From assembly GCA_039621445.1 (NCBI GenBank), contig CP154954.1:31458012-31522011 (forward strand): a stretch of DNA of 64,000 nt, given 5' to 3'. Position numbers and translations under genes: made by a program. This stretch comes from Euglena gracilis (lineage: Eukaryota). This document shows positions 25,301 to 40,500 of the stretch, one piece after another. Position 1 is the stretch's first letter. Every line of letters begins with the position of its first letter. The notes below the pieces were generated by a model that worked only from the letters and a program-made list of their open reading frames with translations, was not told where the DNA came from and did not search any database.

Positions 25301-28300
25301 GTCACTTTGAACTTTAGTGTTTTTTTTTCAACCCCCCCCCGGGAGGAGGGGGTCCAAAACAAAAAAAACCAGTCAGTCAACTCTGAAAAAAACCAGTCAC
25401 CCAGCCTTGGGGGGGGGGGTCGGCCAGTGATTAAATGATTGTATGTGCAGGGCTCTGTTTGGTGGAAAAGTCCACAGCAGTCCTTCCTACCCTGCTGACC
25501 GGAAGTTGTCACAGCGAGTGTGAGCCTGGGGCAACTTCCTGGGGAGGCCCTGCAGCGGACTTCCCATGGCAGCTGTACAGGCCCCAAGGTGGCTGCTTCC
25601 CGGGGCAGGCGACAATCTCACGGAAATGACAAATTCCCTGGGGGGTGGGAGGGACGGAGATGACAAAGCGAGGAGATGAACAAGAATGAAAAGGCAGAAC
25701 AAAGGCAGGCGTCCTTTGCCAGTGGCGGAAAGGCTCTGCACTGGACAGTGGAGGGGGTGGTCGTGGGCGTGCCGGTTGGCGTGGAGGAGGGCGTGCCGGT
25801 GGGGGTTGCGGACGGCGTGCCGGTGGGGGTGCCGGACGGTGTGGCGGAGGGCGTGTGCGTCGCCGTGGCGGACGGCGTGGAGGAGGGCGTGCCAGTGGGG
25901 GTCGCGGACGGTGTGCCCGTAGGCGTGCCGGTGGGTGTACTGGACGGTGTGCCGGTGGGCGTGCCGGAGGGCAGGGCCAGAGTTGCATTCAAAGCCTGGG
26001 GATCTGCAGTCAACTTGAATGTGACCAACCCCTGGGGGGGGGGGCAGCTGACTGCCCCCCCCCCGAGGTGGGGTCCACCACATCTCAAAATTCAGCCTGC
26101 CTCCAGTGCCTCAGTGCCTGTTGGAGAGAACAATGCTGAAACCCAGGGGGAAATGCAGGGAATGGCGTTCTCATTCAACAAACTGCAAAGGTTCTGTTTT
26201 GGGGAAGCAAAAAGTTCTCTTCCCCAAAAGTTTCACTGCAGAAAGCAAACCCCCAAAAATGCCCCAAGAAATGGGACTCCCTGGAAGGGGCCCTCAGGCG
26301 GGGTGTCAATTAATGGGGGGGAGGGGGGTGGTCCCGGACCCTTCCCCTGGGGGGGGGGTAGACCCCCCGGGGAATTAACCTGGCGCGAAGCGCTGGAATT
26401 TCTTCGGGGGGTTCAAAAAATCTAAAAATGTGGTTTCAGGTGATTTTTTTCGCAAAATTGACAAAAAAACAGCTGGTAAAAGCATAAGTTTTCCGGCCAA
26501 AGTGCCAGGATTTCTTTTGGTTCCAGGGAGGTCCCCGACCCCCCCCCCTCCTCAGGGGGGGAGGTGGCCCGGGCCTCCCTCTCCACCCTCCACCTGTACC
26601 CCCCCTTGTCCAACGATCGTCTCCGACCGGGGTGGGTGGTCGCTAAAAAGGCCAATGTTCGTCTCTGACCAAGGGGGGGGGGTCGTTAGACAGGGGGGGG
26701 GGGGTTGGACCGCAGGTCGGCAAAAAAAGTTGGCCACAGATAGGGGTACATGCCATATTGGGCTGTGTTGGTCATTTTAGGCATTTTTTTTGGCAACTTT
26801 TGGCCAGCTTTACCACTTTATGCCATTTCTGGCCATTTTCGCCATTTATTTTTACCATTTTGGGAAAATTTTACCAACTTTCAACAAACTTTTTCCCGTT
26901 TGTCACAATCTCGCACGCCGACATCAATTTTAGTCATTCTGGGTTATTTGGAACCATTTTTTTGGAGTTATGCCGTTTTGGGCATTCTCAGCCAATTTAT
27001 GGTAATCATCACAACAAATTACAAAAAAAAAGATTCTCCGAAATACACAAAGCAGAAAGGCCATAAAATGACTCCCACAATGATTGAACCATTGTATTCA
27101 AAAGAAATCACATCTGACCAGGGGGGGGGGGCGTTGGACAAGGGGGCGGGATGTACAAACCCAACGTTCACTTAATACCCTGCCTTCAGGCCCAGACTGG
27201 CTAACTTAGGTTCTTCATAGATGCCACCCTCAATTATTTCCCCAAAAATTCTGGGGAAGGGAGTTGGACAACTCCAGTCCTGCCCAGAAAGATGGCACGA
27301 TGGGAAGTTCCCGGGGTATAATGGCTAGCTGTGCAGTGCCTATCTACACCGCCGGGAAAGTGTGTTCTGAAACCCAGTTAATTGACTGACCAGTGAACTC
27401 TCTGACATGTTCTTTTGGGACCTTTTCTCCATATCTTGTACCGACTGTCCTGTCTCCTAGCGATTTTTTTTGCGAATTTTCACCTTTTTTGTTGAAAAAA
27501 GCCTAAATACAAGGCTAAAAATAAACTGGGAACGTTCCTTTCAGATTCTGATAACAAATCAGGGTGCTTGTTAACGACCCCCCCCCCGGGGGGGACCTCC
27601 GAGCGAAAATTTCATTGCGGCATCTAACTTGGCCCTTGGCAAGTCTACAGTTTTCAGTGATGAGGTGGAGTAATTCGAAAATGCACCTGTTTTGCCTCAA
27701 ATCATATTTTGGGGACAGCTTATGGATAACAGGCAGGAATGAGAACACCAAAAAGGAAACCGTGCGAAAACAACCGGAACAAACTGTTGGTCCAGCTCAG
27801 AGGCTGGGAAATTTGGGCTGGCTGGAAAAAGGCTGCTGGTTGACCCCCCCTTCCCCCAAGGGGTCCCGAACTGGAACTGGGCCCGACCTGGGGTCGAACC
27901 GGGTACCAAAAAAAATCGAAATTGCAAAAATGTCCAAAAAATGCCAATTCTGCAAAATATCGATTTTTTTGACATCAAGTTTGCCCTTTTCAGCCCTGTT
28001 TCGACCTATTTTTGCCCATTCTCGGCCCATTTTCGGCCCATTTTTCGCCCATTTTGCATCCCAATTAGCGAAAATTCCGTTACCGTCCAGCCGCCCTTCT
28101 GGAAAACTCGTTGATGGGGGGATCCGAGGCTGGAAGGAGGCTGCTGGCTGGAAAAAAGGCTGCTGGCTGGAAAAAGGCGGCTGGCTGGCTGACCCCCCCC
28201 CCGGGCGGTGGGGTCAAATTTTCTTAAGCTACGCCCTGTGACAAATACGTTCTGTATCTGTGGGAGTTTCGCCTGTTTTGTTCTGACCTGACCTCGGAAA

Positions 28301-31300
28301 CAGTCTCCAGGGATCCTCACACGTCTGTGTTGGCCGAGGCTAAAATGCATCCGTGATTTTCCATGATTTTCCGTGATTTTCCGTGATTTTCCGTGATTTT
28401 CCTGTTTCCAGAAAAGGTCAAAAGCCACATTCCATTTTGCACCGGAACCATATTTAGGCGGTTGTGGCAGCAGTTCATTTCACCACATTATGGTCCTGGA
28501 GATCCCCCAGGGGATTTGCACCCCTGAGGCCTATGAGAGGACTCCCCGCCTCGCAGCAAGAAAAGAAAAGGCGAACAGTACCGGAGGCTAATGTCTGCCT
28601 TACTCCTTAAGCCTTGTGAAAGCGTTCCTCGACGTCCCCGTTATGAAACATGCAGATTGCTGCTTGCCTCAAACTTGATCCCATTCGCTGCCTGTTCCTT
28701 GTGTCACTCAGGCCTGAAAATGGAAATGGGAGGCATGGAAAGAAAAAAAAAACAGCTGCCAGAAAGGGTTTTCATATTTTTTCATATTTCCTCCTCGGTC
28801 CCACTTCCTCTTCTTTGCAGCCTTGGCACCACACCATTGCTTAGCGACCTCTGGGGGGAGGGGGGTCACTTTCCACTCTGGAAAAACCATGTTCTCATCG
28901 GACGATTTGGCACTGTCCAAAGACGATGAATCCCTCTCGTCATCTGACACACAAATGTCTTGTTTGGAAATTCATGGAAAAAAGTCCAAAAAAATTCAGG
29001 TGCCTTCGGCGCCAGGCCAGCCACTTTTCATTTTCGGGATTTGAAAAAACAAGTCAGTCACCCCTCTCTGGGGTGGGGTGGGACAGGTGTCAAGCAACGA
29101 TATGCTTGGCACCTTGCTGTGCCGTTGAACTGTCAGCATCCGGACATGAAAGCTCTGAATTGGACGACATTGTCTGTTTGGAAAAGCAGAGAATGTGCAA
29201 AGCATCCCATTAAAATGCATCTGCACAAACAAAGCACATTCAAAAAATCACCCAAAATTTTTTCCAAACCCTCCGCCTCATCCGTGAATTTCCGTGATTT
29301 TTCGTGATTTCCGTGAAAATGGCCTTCCGCCCATTTCCGTGATCCTCTGTGAATTTCCGTGAATTTCCTTTTCAGGACGTGCGAGGATCCCTGCAGTTTC
29401 CTGGAAACAATTTCCTGCCTTTGTGCTTGTGACCTGTCTGGAGAAGCATCCCGAGGGGGTGTCGGCATGCATCCTGCCATCCTCTGCTCTCATCAAGGAC
29501 CTAAAAAGGGGGTATGCACTACATAGCAGCCCCCTCCTCCACACATGCGTGTCAGTCCGTCTCATCCTGTCTGCAACATCAGGAGTGGCAAATCCTCAGT
29601 AGATTTCTACCCCTCCCCCTCCACCCGCCAGGATGAGGGATGGGAGACCTCCCCTTCCCAGGGCTGTACAGGAAGGTCTGGGGGGGGGGGTCAACCTGGC
29701 CACCACAGCACCGCCCATGGAAAAATTCCTTGGTGCCGAAGGAAATTTTTGACCAAAAAATCATCGTGCAGCCCACCCTCCACGCCATAACTTCTGATCG
29801 TCATCCCAGAGGGTCGTTATCTCGTTGTAAGTACAGGGACGACAATTTTTAGCAGACAAAAACCCTTCTGCAATTTCAAAGCGTGATATTATATATTATA
29901 TATAATATAATATATTTATATATTACATTTAACATATATTGGAAAGAAACTGCATACCTCCCCCGGGAAACTGTCTCCAGAGAAGCAGCGAGTACAGAGG
30001 TTGGAGACAGGTCTCCATGGGGACCAGTCAGCAAGCACAGAAGAGGACAGATTCCCAGGCAGGTCCAAGGTCAGAGGGACAACGTTGACATTTTGATGGC
30101 GATTAAAATCTAGAAAAATGATTCACATATTTGTGATCAGCAGCCTGGAAAAAAAATGTCCTTAGCTTTTTTCAACCCAGGAAATTACCGTTTTTTTTAA
30201 AAAAAAATAAATGCAAATAATTCTCAAGAAATTGTCAGGAAAGCGGGTCCAAAGGTATCCAGAAGGACAGGTAAGGGGACAGAGGGTTGAGGACAGTTTC
30301 CTGTTCCCAGGGGGGCAGGGGGAGGGGGTAATCTTCTTTCCTTGACATGTGAAGTGTTCGATGGCCAAATTATTTCAAGCCAACCATTGTGCTCAAATAA
30401 TGCTCAATTAGTTCAACTGAAACCACCAAAATTGGGGTTTGTGGTGTTCCCTGTGTGGTGTTTGTAGTGCTCCCTGTTACAAGGAGTGGTACACCCCCCC
30501 TCTGTCGTCTGTTCTTGACACGTCAAAATACGGGGGGAATGCAGTTGACAGGGGGGATGTCATGGACACGCTGTGTTATGTGCACTGGACAAAAAAGAAA
30601 ATGGCATTTTGGGTGCGGGAAAAGTGCGGTGCGGGGGGGGGGGTGGAATCAACCAAGAACCTTCCAACATAGCGACACGCCCGTGCTGGATCGCTGGACT
30701 CACAACAGGGGGGCAGCCCTGGACGTATCGGTGGGCGTGCCGGTTGGCGTGGAGGAGGGTGTGCCGGTTGGCGTGGAGGAGGGTGTGCCGGTGGGGGTGT
30801 CGGATGGCGTGCCGGTGGGGGTGCCGGACGGTGTGGCAGACGGCGTGGAGGAGGGCGTGCCGGTGGGGGTGGGGGCAGGGGCTGAGCTGGCACGACCATG
30901 GCAGCAGCCTCACGCTAGTGGGCCCCGGGGGGGCACCAGTATGAGGAGGTTGTCCATCCATGATCCAAAAAAGCGTGATATGCGTACTCCGGGAATCTCT
31001 GCCCAACGGGAGTGGTTTTTTTTGAATCTTTCGCTGAGGGTGAGAATTGACGCCGAGTTCAAGGCCGAAATGCCCAACCCCAACTCCTTTCCTCCGAATA
31101 TGAAATGCAAGGTGCGAGATGCAACTCGTGCCTGTCCACGCTCCGCGCTTGAAAAACGTCCAATACTCTTTAAGGGGGATGCAAGGGGACCACTAATATG
31201 AGGCTGCCAGCATGGCTTCCAATCAGCCCATCGCTGCAAATGTCGGTGGATGCATCTCATTTGTTGCCATTAAAGGCTGTATGGGAAGGCCATGAGGGGG

Positions 31301-34300
31301 GGGGGGGGGCAACACCCCCTCCACCGACAATGTCACCACGCAAAAAAAAAAGATTCACCAACATAAATCCAAAAAATATGGGAAGGTGGTCGCTCGAGCT
31401 CCTGGAAAAATGGGAAGCTGGTCGTGGGATGGGGGCCACACCCCACCAGACAAACCCGTCAGTGATGTGGGGGGCTTGCCGCCTGTCCCAACCACCCAGA
31501 AGGCGCCTGGGATTCCCACCAGGCTGTTTTTTTTTACCAACCCGGGGGGGTCCGGAGTGCCTTGGGGTGCCTTCCCAGGCAAGCCCTGCCCGCCCCCCTG
31601 GGGGGTCGGATTTTGACCTGTGCCCAGGCACATTCCTTTGAAAAATAGGCCATTTTTGGCTCCCTGGCGCCTTTGGCGCCGGGGTCTGTGCTAAGGCACT
31701 TTTGGCCGTGTGCCTTACCCCCCCCCCCCCGGCCGGGGTTGGCACCCGACTAAAATACAGCCTGATTCCCATCCAGCCACAGTTCAGGGGGCAAGTGTTT
31801 GGGGAGTGTTTGGGGCTTCAAGCTCCCGGTGCAGTCACAAATTTGAGCCCAGTACCGTGTATGACAAGGGCTGTACGGGAAGGCCTGGTGGGGGGAGGTC
31901 GACCCCCCCACCACCCACCAACCAAAGGGTTTCGAGTGTTTTTGCAGCGCCACCTGTTGTGCCTGAGCAAGGGCATCTGCCTACGGCGGGCCTGGGCCAG
32001 CAGTTTGGGAAGCCGGACGGCCCAGGTGTGTGCACACGACGGACAAGCCAGCGTGCGCATGATGGGTTGAGAGGGAAAAACGCGAGGAGCAAAAAAAAGG
32101 CAGAGGCAGAAAATATGAGGGGCAGCTGAGGCAGTTTCAATGCAGATTCACCCTCAGCCTCTCCTCCCCCCAGAGGATTGAGGTGCCACTTTCTCGTGGA
32201 CCATTTTTGCAGGTCAAGTGTATTAACCGGCGCTCACCGTCACGCACGGCTCAGCCCTGGGCAGCAGAGGGCGTGGCCGTGGTGGAGGCGGTGGGAGTGG
32301 CGGATGGAGTGCCCGAAGGGGTGGCCGACGGCGTCGTGGTGGGTGTTCCGGTTGGCGTGGTGGACGGTGTGCCGGTGGCCGTCGCGGACGGCGTGCCGGT
32401 GGGGGTGCCAGATGGCGTGGCGGAGGGTGAGTGCGTCGTCGTGGCGGAGGGTGTGGCGGGAGTAGGCGGCGGGGAGGTAGCCCAGAAATATGAATGAATG
32501 TGAGAAACTTATTTACCCCCCCCGGACAGGGTTGGATGGGAAGCCTTGAGGGGGGGGGGGGGGTCGGACCCCCCCCCCTCCTACCTCGAAACTGAGGAGG
32601 GGCCGAAATTTTTTCGATTTCATGGACGGGCAAAGGGCCGGAAATCGGGTCGAAATCGGTCAAAAATCCCTGATTTTTCTTTGAAAATCGATCCAGAAAT
32701 GCTCATTTTTTTTGAAATTTTTTGAACATTTTTTTTGGGAAAAATACCAACACATCAAAAAATGAGCAATATGGCCAAAAGTCAGCAAAAGGGGTGTTTT
32801 TGCTCATTTTCCGGCGCACAGCGCCGAAAGAAAATTTTCTGCTATTTTTGGCACCTGTCAAGGAGGGGGGGTCCGGACCCCCCCCTCCCAACATCTAGGG
32901 GGGGGGGGTGGTCCGGTCCCCCCCTACCACCTTACCCCCCTAGGGGGGGGGGGGGGTCGGGACCCCCCCCCTACCACCTACCTCAATACCGAAGGGCTTC
33001 CCGTCCAACCCTGCCCCTGGGGCATTGACCTGACAAGTCAGCGAGTACGGGCGCGAGAGATTATCCAGAGTCAAAAATATTTTCCAGAAAAAAATCAAAA
33101 ATCTCTGGGGAGAAAAACGCAAAAAAAAAATGCAAAAACTTAGGAGGAGGCTCTGGAGCCTCTTGAAATGTCGTTTGAGGTTGGAGGAAGCTCAACAGCC
33201 TCCTCAAATGTTGTTCGAGGGGGCCCTTACTTTGAGGAGGAGTATCCAGGACCCCCCAAATCTCAAATTTTCTTCCCAAACTTCCGTCCAACATTTTTTG
33301 TACTTAGGACAAATTTCCGCCCAAAGAAGTGCCTGGAATGGCATTTTGGGCCGATTGGGGGAAACTTTTCCAGCCTGGCTCTTCGCGCCTGAAAAAGAAG
33401 GTCCTCTGGTCCCACCTGCCCTTCGTTGAACCCTGCCCCACCCCTTCCCCAAGGGAAGTCGACCGCCCACCCACCCAACCCCACCCAAAATCAACCGAAA
33501 CCCCCAAAAGACATTTTCCGGCCCAGCTTTCGGTCGTGCTGGACTGATCCATGGGGTCCCCCAAAGCCTGGGGACAGGGGCCCGCAACCACCCACCCACT
33601 CTTGAAAACCGAAACCTCCCAGGGGAGGGGTTACGCAAGAGTTAAAAGAACGAATCTACCATCGCATGTTCTTGAAGTCTATGTTCTGGGAATGACAAGT
33701 AGGTGTCAATGGCATTTGTGTTTTGGACGGGGGGGGAGGGCGGGCAGCAATCCTGCAAATTGGACAGTGGCAAACTATCCATTTCCATCGAACAAGTTGG
33801 CTGGAGGGGGGACCTTGATTGGTGTTTTGACTACTCAAAGAGTACCACAGGCCAGACAACTTCCCCGGCACGGAGGTTTCCAAAGCGGAGGTAGGAAAGG
33901 ATGCCAATAATAAAAAATGCAAAATTGGGGAAGGTTGGGGTATTCATGAGCAAACATACATTATCATATCTCAAATAGAAATTGGGGGGCAAGGTGTGCA
34001 TGTTTCGAGCGGGAAGAAATGTTGGGCGGAAAAAAGGGTGTTGAGGAAGTGTGCACTTGCGTGGCTGGCCCTCTGCGCCACCTAAACAGAAGGGGTGCCC
34101 GAAGGCGTGGCTGTTGGGGTGGCGGTCGAGGTACCGGATGCAGTGGCAGTCGGCGTGCCGCTGGGGGTGGGCGCAGGGGCAAAGCAGCAAATACCACACC
34201 ACACGGCGCTTTTGTGGGTGCAGCATGCTCAGAACCGGATCTGGACCTATTCGCGCCACTGCAGAACCTCGAAGGCGTGGAGCAAAGTCGGACGCACAGA

Positions 34301-34525
34301 CAGGAGTGGTCTTGACACCGGCCCATTCTGATCCCGAAGAAGAACCCCCTCCCCAAAGTTTTGGCTCCTTGGGGGTCTTAAACAGTGGGACATAGAAGTC
34401 TGAGTGCGGTTTGTGTGTGTGTGGCTGCTGTCTGAACCATTGCCTGTGGCATTGTATTTTACTCCAATTGTCCTCAGGGCTCAAAGCTGACTCAATGCGA
34501 TGCACGCACTCACGCACGCACGCAT

Positions 34526-34580
<55 letters not shown>

Positions 34581-37500
34581 CTCACTCGCATGCATGCCTG
34601 TAAACTTGCATGAGTGAGTGAGTGTACACTTGCATACACATTCACTCATTCACACGCATGCATGCACAGGCATGATCGCGCACACACATGCGCACACGCA
34701 CACAGCATTGCCCTGGGCGTTGGACGGCGTCCCTGTGGGTGTTCCGGTTGGCGTGCCGGAGGGGGTGCTGGTGGCTGTCACAGACGGTGTGCTGGAGGGG
34801 GTGCCAGAAGGCGTGGCGGTCGGGGTCGCCGTGGAGGAGGCGGTGGGCGTGCTGCTTGGCGTGGGGGAGGGTGGGGCCTGGAGCGGGAGTCCGGTACCGC
34901 TGTGCCCCGGGGTTGATCAGGCATCTTTTTGAGGCCCGTGGCGCGGGGGGGGGGGGGGCACCCACCCGGCCCAGACCCACCCCGAGGGTGGGGGAGCGGC
35001 GGAGACCCTAGAAAATCTGGCTGTCTAAAATCATTTCGAAAAAAAAATTCGGTGCTTTGCGCTGAAACCCAGGTGCGGGCCTCTGGCCCGGGACCGCCTA
35101 GGGGGGGGTCTGGCCCCAGATCCTCCCCCCTCCCCTGGAGGGGAGTCTTCTGAGTTAAAAAGAATCCTGGCTGGAATACCCCAGGGGGAGGGAACAATGA
35201 AAAAAAATTATTTTTCCAGAAATCATGCACGATTGCGCGGTAATTATACGGGATCATGCGGGAACACACAGGGGGGAAAAAAGCGGTGGTGATGACATGT
35301 GGGATGATGGGAAATGATGCAAAAGAATGGGGGATTGAACTGCATGACACTACCCGCGCTTTAAGAACACATGTTTTGCCTCCCAGGTGGAACCCCCCCC
35401 CCCCAACAAATAATGAACGCAACCCCTGAGGACCAACCTTGACAGCCTAAATAATAGCCCTCCCTGTGAGCCAAACGAAAAAGAATCACAGAGGTCACCA
35501 GAGACATGGAAAATAACAAAAATCAAAAAGTGGGTGGGAATTACAAAAAGAAATGCACCCATTGCACACACAAAAAAAGTCCGAAGAACCAAAGCAAGAG
35601 GGGACCAGGCCTGCCAGGCCTAGTGCAACTTTTTGGGGTCAATTCTTGACCTCAAAAATTACGCAAGATCCTGAGGGATAATGCAGACAGCAGGGCTTGC
35701 ACAGGATGGTGATCTCTTTTGCCCTTGCTGTTCCTTTTTGAATTTTGAGGTTTTAAAATTCAAGCTGTTCTTAAGACCAAACCATTTATAATCCCAGCAG
35801 TGGAGAGGTGATCCCTGGGGGGTGGCCCTTGGGCAAACCAAAACATAATATTAAAAAAACAAAAACCTCAAAACAAAAAATACTTCTCCACGTGCCAGGG
35901 TGTGGCAGTTGCGGTGTGGGTGGTGGTGCTGGTGGGGGTGGAGGTCGGGGTGCTGGATGGCGTGGCGGTAGGGGTCGCAGTGTCGGTTTCCGAGGCGGTG
36001 CCTGTAGCGGAGGGGGTGGCGGAGGGGGTGGCGGAGGGGGTAGTGGTAGGGGTGCTGGAGGCGGTGGCGGTGCGGGTGGAGCTGGCTGTCGGTGTCGCGG
36101 TGCCGGTTGACAGCTGGGGCCCATTCAATGGTTTGCCCAGATGGACGGGGAAATTGTGGGTGGGTCATTCTCAACCTGCACCTTGCAGGGTCGCAGGCCA
36201 ACACGTGATAAAAACCCACATAATCTGTGCTGGGTTGGAGCTTGCCAGAAGAGGTGGCCAGCAACCGAATCGTCTCAAATCATCTGAGAAAAAATGAATA
36301 GGGCCCATGTCGAGGTTCTGGTCGTGGTCGGGGTGGAAGTATCGGTGGCATACAACTGCTTACCGACCCCCGGGGGGGGGGGGGAGGGGGGGTCACTCCA
36401 CTTTTTTAAAAACCAGTCAGTCACTCGTTTTCAAAAAACCAGCCAGTCACTACCCCCCCCCCCGGGGAGTGGGGGGTCGGCCACTCAGAAAAACGGCCAC
36501 TTTCCAGTCACTTTAGGCCATTTTAGGCCCAAAAAACTTTTCCGGCACCTTCGGTGCCGGGGTCACTCAAGCAACTTTTGCCCACTCCTGGCCGACCCCC
36601 CCCCGGGGGGGGAGGGGGTCCGGGCCAAAAACCAGTCAGTCACTTTGAAAAAACCAGTCACCCACCCCCCCCCGGGGGGGGGGGGGGGTCGGTCAGTGCT
36701 TAAGCAATTGCCTGATCGGTGGCGGTGCGGGTGGGGCTGGCAGTGGGGGTGGGGGTGGGCGACGGGGTGAAGGTGGGGATGACGGTCAGGGTGCCACTGG
36801 CGGTGGGGGTGTCCGTCTCCGAGACCGTGTCGGTCTCCGTGGGGCTGGCCGTGGAGGTCGCAGTCCGGGTCGGGGTTCTGGTGGGCGTGGCGGTGGCCGT
36901 CGGTGTGCCTGTGGAGGTGATGGTGGCGCTGGGAGTTTGGGTCGGGATGACAGTGGCGGTTTGGGTGCTGGTGGAGGTGGCCGAGAGAGAGGCCGTCCCC
37001 GTAAAAGTACGTGTTGGGGTTGGGGTTGCGGTCTCAGTGGCAGTTGCTTCCGCAACCCACCTTCTTCCCCCAGGGGGAGGGGGGTTTAGTCAGCTGTGGA
37101 TGCAAAGCCATTGAGCAAACAATGCAAATTTTCCGGGGACCACCCCAATGCTTTCCCCAGGGACCACCATTTCAGGACGCAACAATTTGATTGCTGCATT
37201 TTTTAATTAGTTTTGTATGTGATTGCACCATTTCATCACACAGAAAGCATTTAATTTATGGCCAAAAAAAAACAAATTCAGAAGATTGAAATCCTTGCTT
37301 CTCCAATAGTTTGTAATATTAGTTGCCAAACCATGATCCCAAGGGAGGTCTTTGAATGAGTGGGGTGCACATTTGCCTTTTCAATGAAGAAGAAAACTCT
37401 ACAATTCTATTTGAAAACACAAATTCCAAAATGTAATAAAAATCAGAAAACCATCTGTGTTTTCAGAGCAGAGATTTTTTGATTTTCTCGGTATAATATA

Positions 37501-40500
37501 CTCCTGCCAAATATTAACGCCAGAGTCATTAGAATCCTGCCCAAAGAAAACACAGAACGCCGAATCTCCCCTCCTGTTTGGTTTGAAGGCAAGAAAGAGG
37601 GGGTGCTCATTTGGCCAAAAATATCAACAGCAAAAACGGAATAAACCTGGGGGCTCAGACAAGGGGAATCTGAATAAAAAAAAAACCTTCAATTTTTGCC
37701 GAAAAAAATTCCATTTTTGGGGATCCTTTTGGGGGGGAATTGCTGACATTATACGTTGGCTTCACTTTCAGTGTAAATTTTTATAATTTGAATTTGTTGA
37801 AAACAAAATCAAATTAAATTTTGGGTTTTTATAATTTAACTGTCCAAAGAGTGAAAAGAGCCTAACCCCCCCCCTTCTAAACCCCCAATTATAACCCCCC
37901 CCCCTGGGCCGACCAACCAAACCTTGACTTACAAGAGGAAGAAAAATGAAAACCGCCAAAGACGATTTTTTTCGGCCGCAAACCACCCAAAAACTGATTT
38001 TTTGGCAATTTATTCGAGACCAACCATCATCAAAAATACCATTTTTGACCATATTTGCCGAAAATTGGAGACATGGCGTAAAGTGGAGCCCCCACAGTAC
38101 CCCACAGTACCCCACAGTACCCCACACACCCCCCCACACACCCCCCCACACACCCCCCCACACACCCCCCCCACACATCCCCCCACACACCCCCCCACAC
38201 ACCCCCCCACACACCCCCCCCCCCCCCCCCACCCCCCCCCCCACACACCCCAACACACCCACCCCCACAACCCCCCCCACACACCCCCACACGCATACCC
38301 CCCCACACACCCCCCCACACCCCCAACACAACCCCCCACAACCCCACAACACCCCCACCCCCCCCCCACCCCACCACCCCCCACCCCCCCCCACCCACCC
38401 CCCCACACCCCCCCCCACACTCATGTTGACTGTGCGCAACTGTTCGGGTGTCATTTTTTTGACTTACTCGGCCTTCGGCCTCGTCGCGCCGCGGCCTTCG
38501 GCCGCGGCACGGGGGGGGGGGGGGGGGCGGCCCCCCCCCCCCCCCCCCCCGGACCCCCCCCCCCAGAACCAAAATAACATTATACCTTGTGTGTGCAAGG
38601 CAACGGAAAGAAAATCCACTTTGTTGGATTACAGTACCATGGGTGAGCAACAGCCTGATTCTTTTTTGAAACCCAAGTTGAATGCGCGACTGTTCGGGTG
38701 TCATTTTTTTTGACTTACTCGGCCTTCGGCCTCGTCGCGCCGCGGCCTTCGGCCGCGGCCCGGGGGGGGGGGGGGGGGCCCGCCCCCCCCCAAGCACACC
38801 CCCCAGAACCAAAATAACATTATCCCTTGTGTGTGCAAGGCAACGGAAAGAAAATCCATTTTCCTCAGATTTGGCACCCCCCACACACCCCACTCACACC
38901 CCCCCACACTACCCCCCCACCCCCCCCCTTCCACTCCCCCCCCCCCACACACCCCCCCACACCCCCCCCACACACCCCCCCACACACCCCCCCACACCCC
39001 CCCCACCCACCCCCCCCACCCCCCCCCACACATACCCCCCACAGTACCCCACACTTAAGTGTGGGGGCTCCACTTTATGCCATATGTCAAAAATTGCCAA
39101 TCTGGGGGGGGCTGAGGTCATTTTTGTGGGTCGAATTTTCACCAAAAATTCCTTGACTTATAAACCCCCAGACTTGTGACCAAACCAGATCCTATAAACC
39201 CCGGGGGGTTTATAAGTGGGGGGGTTGATTTTTAATATTTTTGTGCTCCTTTTGTTGAGAGACAAATTATCAATTCCTTCTGGTCAAATTTTATGAAAGA
39301 TTCCTATAAAAATAGATATGAGTATGCAAATATATTGATATATGGATATAGATATATAGTCACATGTGATACATATAGAAGATGTACCTCCTGGCCACCC
39401 CCTCCCGGTTAGGGGGTGACCTGAGGTTCTGGCACTGACCGTGGACGTTTTTCTCAGTGTCACCTTTTCTGACTTCCCTGCAGCGTCCCCGCAATGTCCG
39501 TGGTGGGTCGTGGAGTGCTTCTCCCTCCGCGATCTGGCGCATGTTCTCTCTCACCTGCATGGCACCACCTCCCTTGAGGTGTCTTACAGGTTCCATGTCC
39601 CAGTTGTTTGCGCCCGACCCTCCACCACGTGGACGGGGCCCAAGACAGTGGCAGTCGGCCGCAGCTAGCTTCCGGAACATGAGCTGCATGCCCGCTCACT
39701 GGGCAGCATGCAGTTTTCGCATGCCGTTTCGCCCCAAGCCGCTATGCGGGTCGGAGCACAGGAGGCCTGATTTGCAACCTGCGCGTGAACGATCTGCTAC
39801 GTGATCTGGTCGCGCGGTCAGGAGGAGGTTGGCCAGTTGATCCAGTGCAGGCAGTGGCAGCTGATGCATCCACCTTCACCAGGGCACCCCTGCCATGGGA
39901 GATGTTCTGCTCCTCCGGGATGGCGACCATGCAGCAAAAGTGGTGGATGAGACGGAGCTGGGCCGGCAGGCGCCGAACATAAGCGGTCCATCCACCGCCA
40001 TGGCCTGCTGACTGTCCGAGAGGGGCAGCGACGCTCGTACACACTCTTCGGGGCCATCCTGGATGGCGAGGCGCAGTGCTTCTGCCAACTCCCACGGTGC
40101 CACCAGACGGTAGGGCACTGCTGTGGGGTGTTCACGCGTACGAGGCGCTGTGCAGCCTTCAACATACAATCTCCAAAACCTGGCTCTGAAATCCTGGCTC
40201 CGCGCCAAAGGCAGCATTCTGGCGGTGGCACCGACCTGACTATGTCAGGGAATACAAATGGTTTGTGAACATTCGCGGCGATGACGGCTTCCTCCAGGAG
40301 CTGGGGGCCATCCGCTGGGCCAGCATGCAGGACTGACCCAACTGCCACCACCACACTTACTAGCCGGACACCATCCTAGCATCTCTTAGGGCTGTGAAGG
40401 CGGCATATCCTGTTCACCAGTCAGCATTCACGGTCAGTGCCAGAGGTTTAACCTTAGGAACCCCTGGCCGGGGGGGGGGGGGGGGGGGCCAGGTGGTACC

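Noticed and set aside
25967-30724. Hidden 6-nt microexon restoring DT-PS-GT
   Set aside because: No suitable flanked sequence found by eye; the direct join is in frame and the ends pair over 8 bp, so left unresolved
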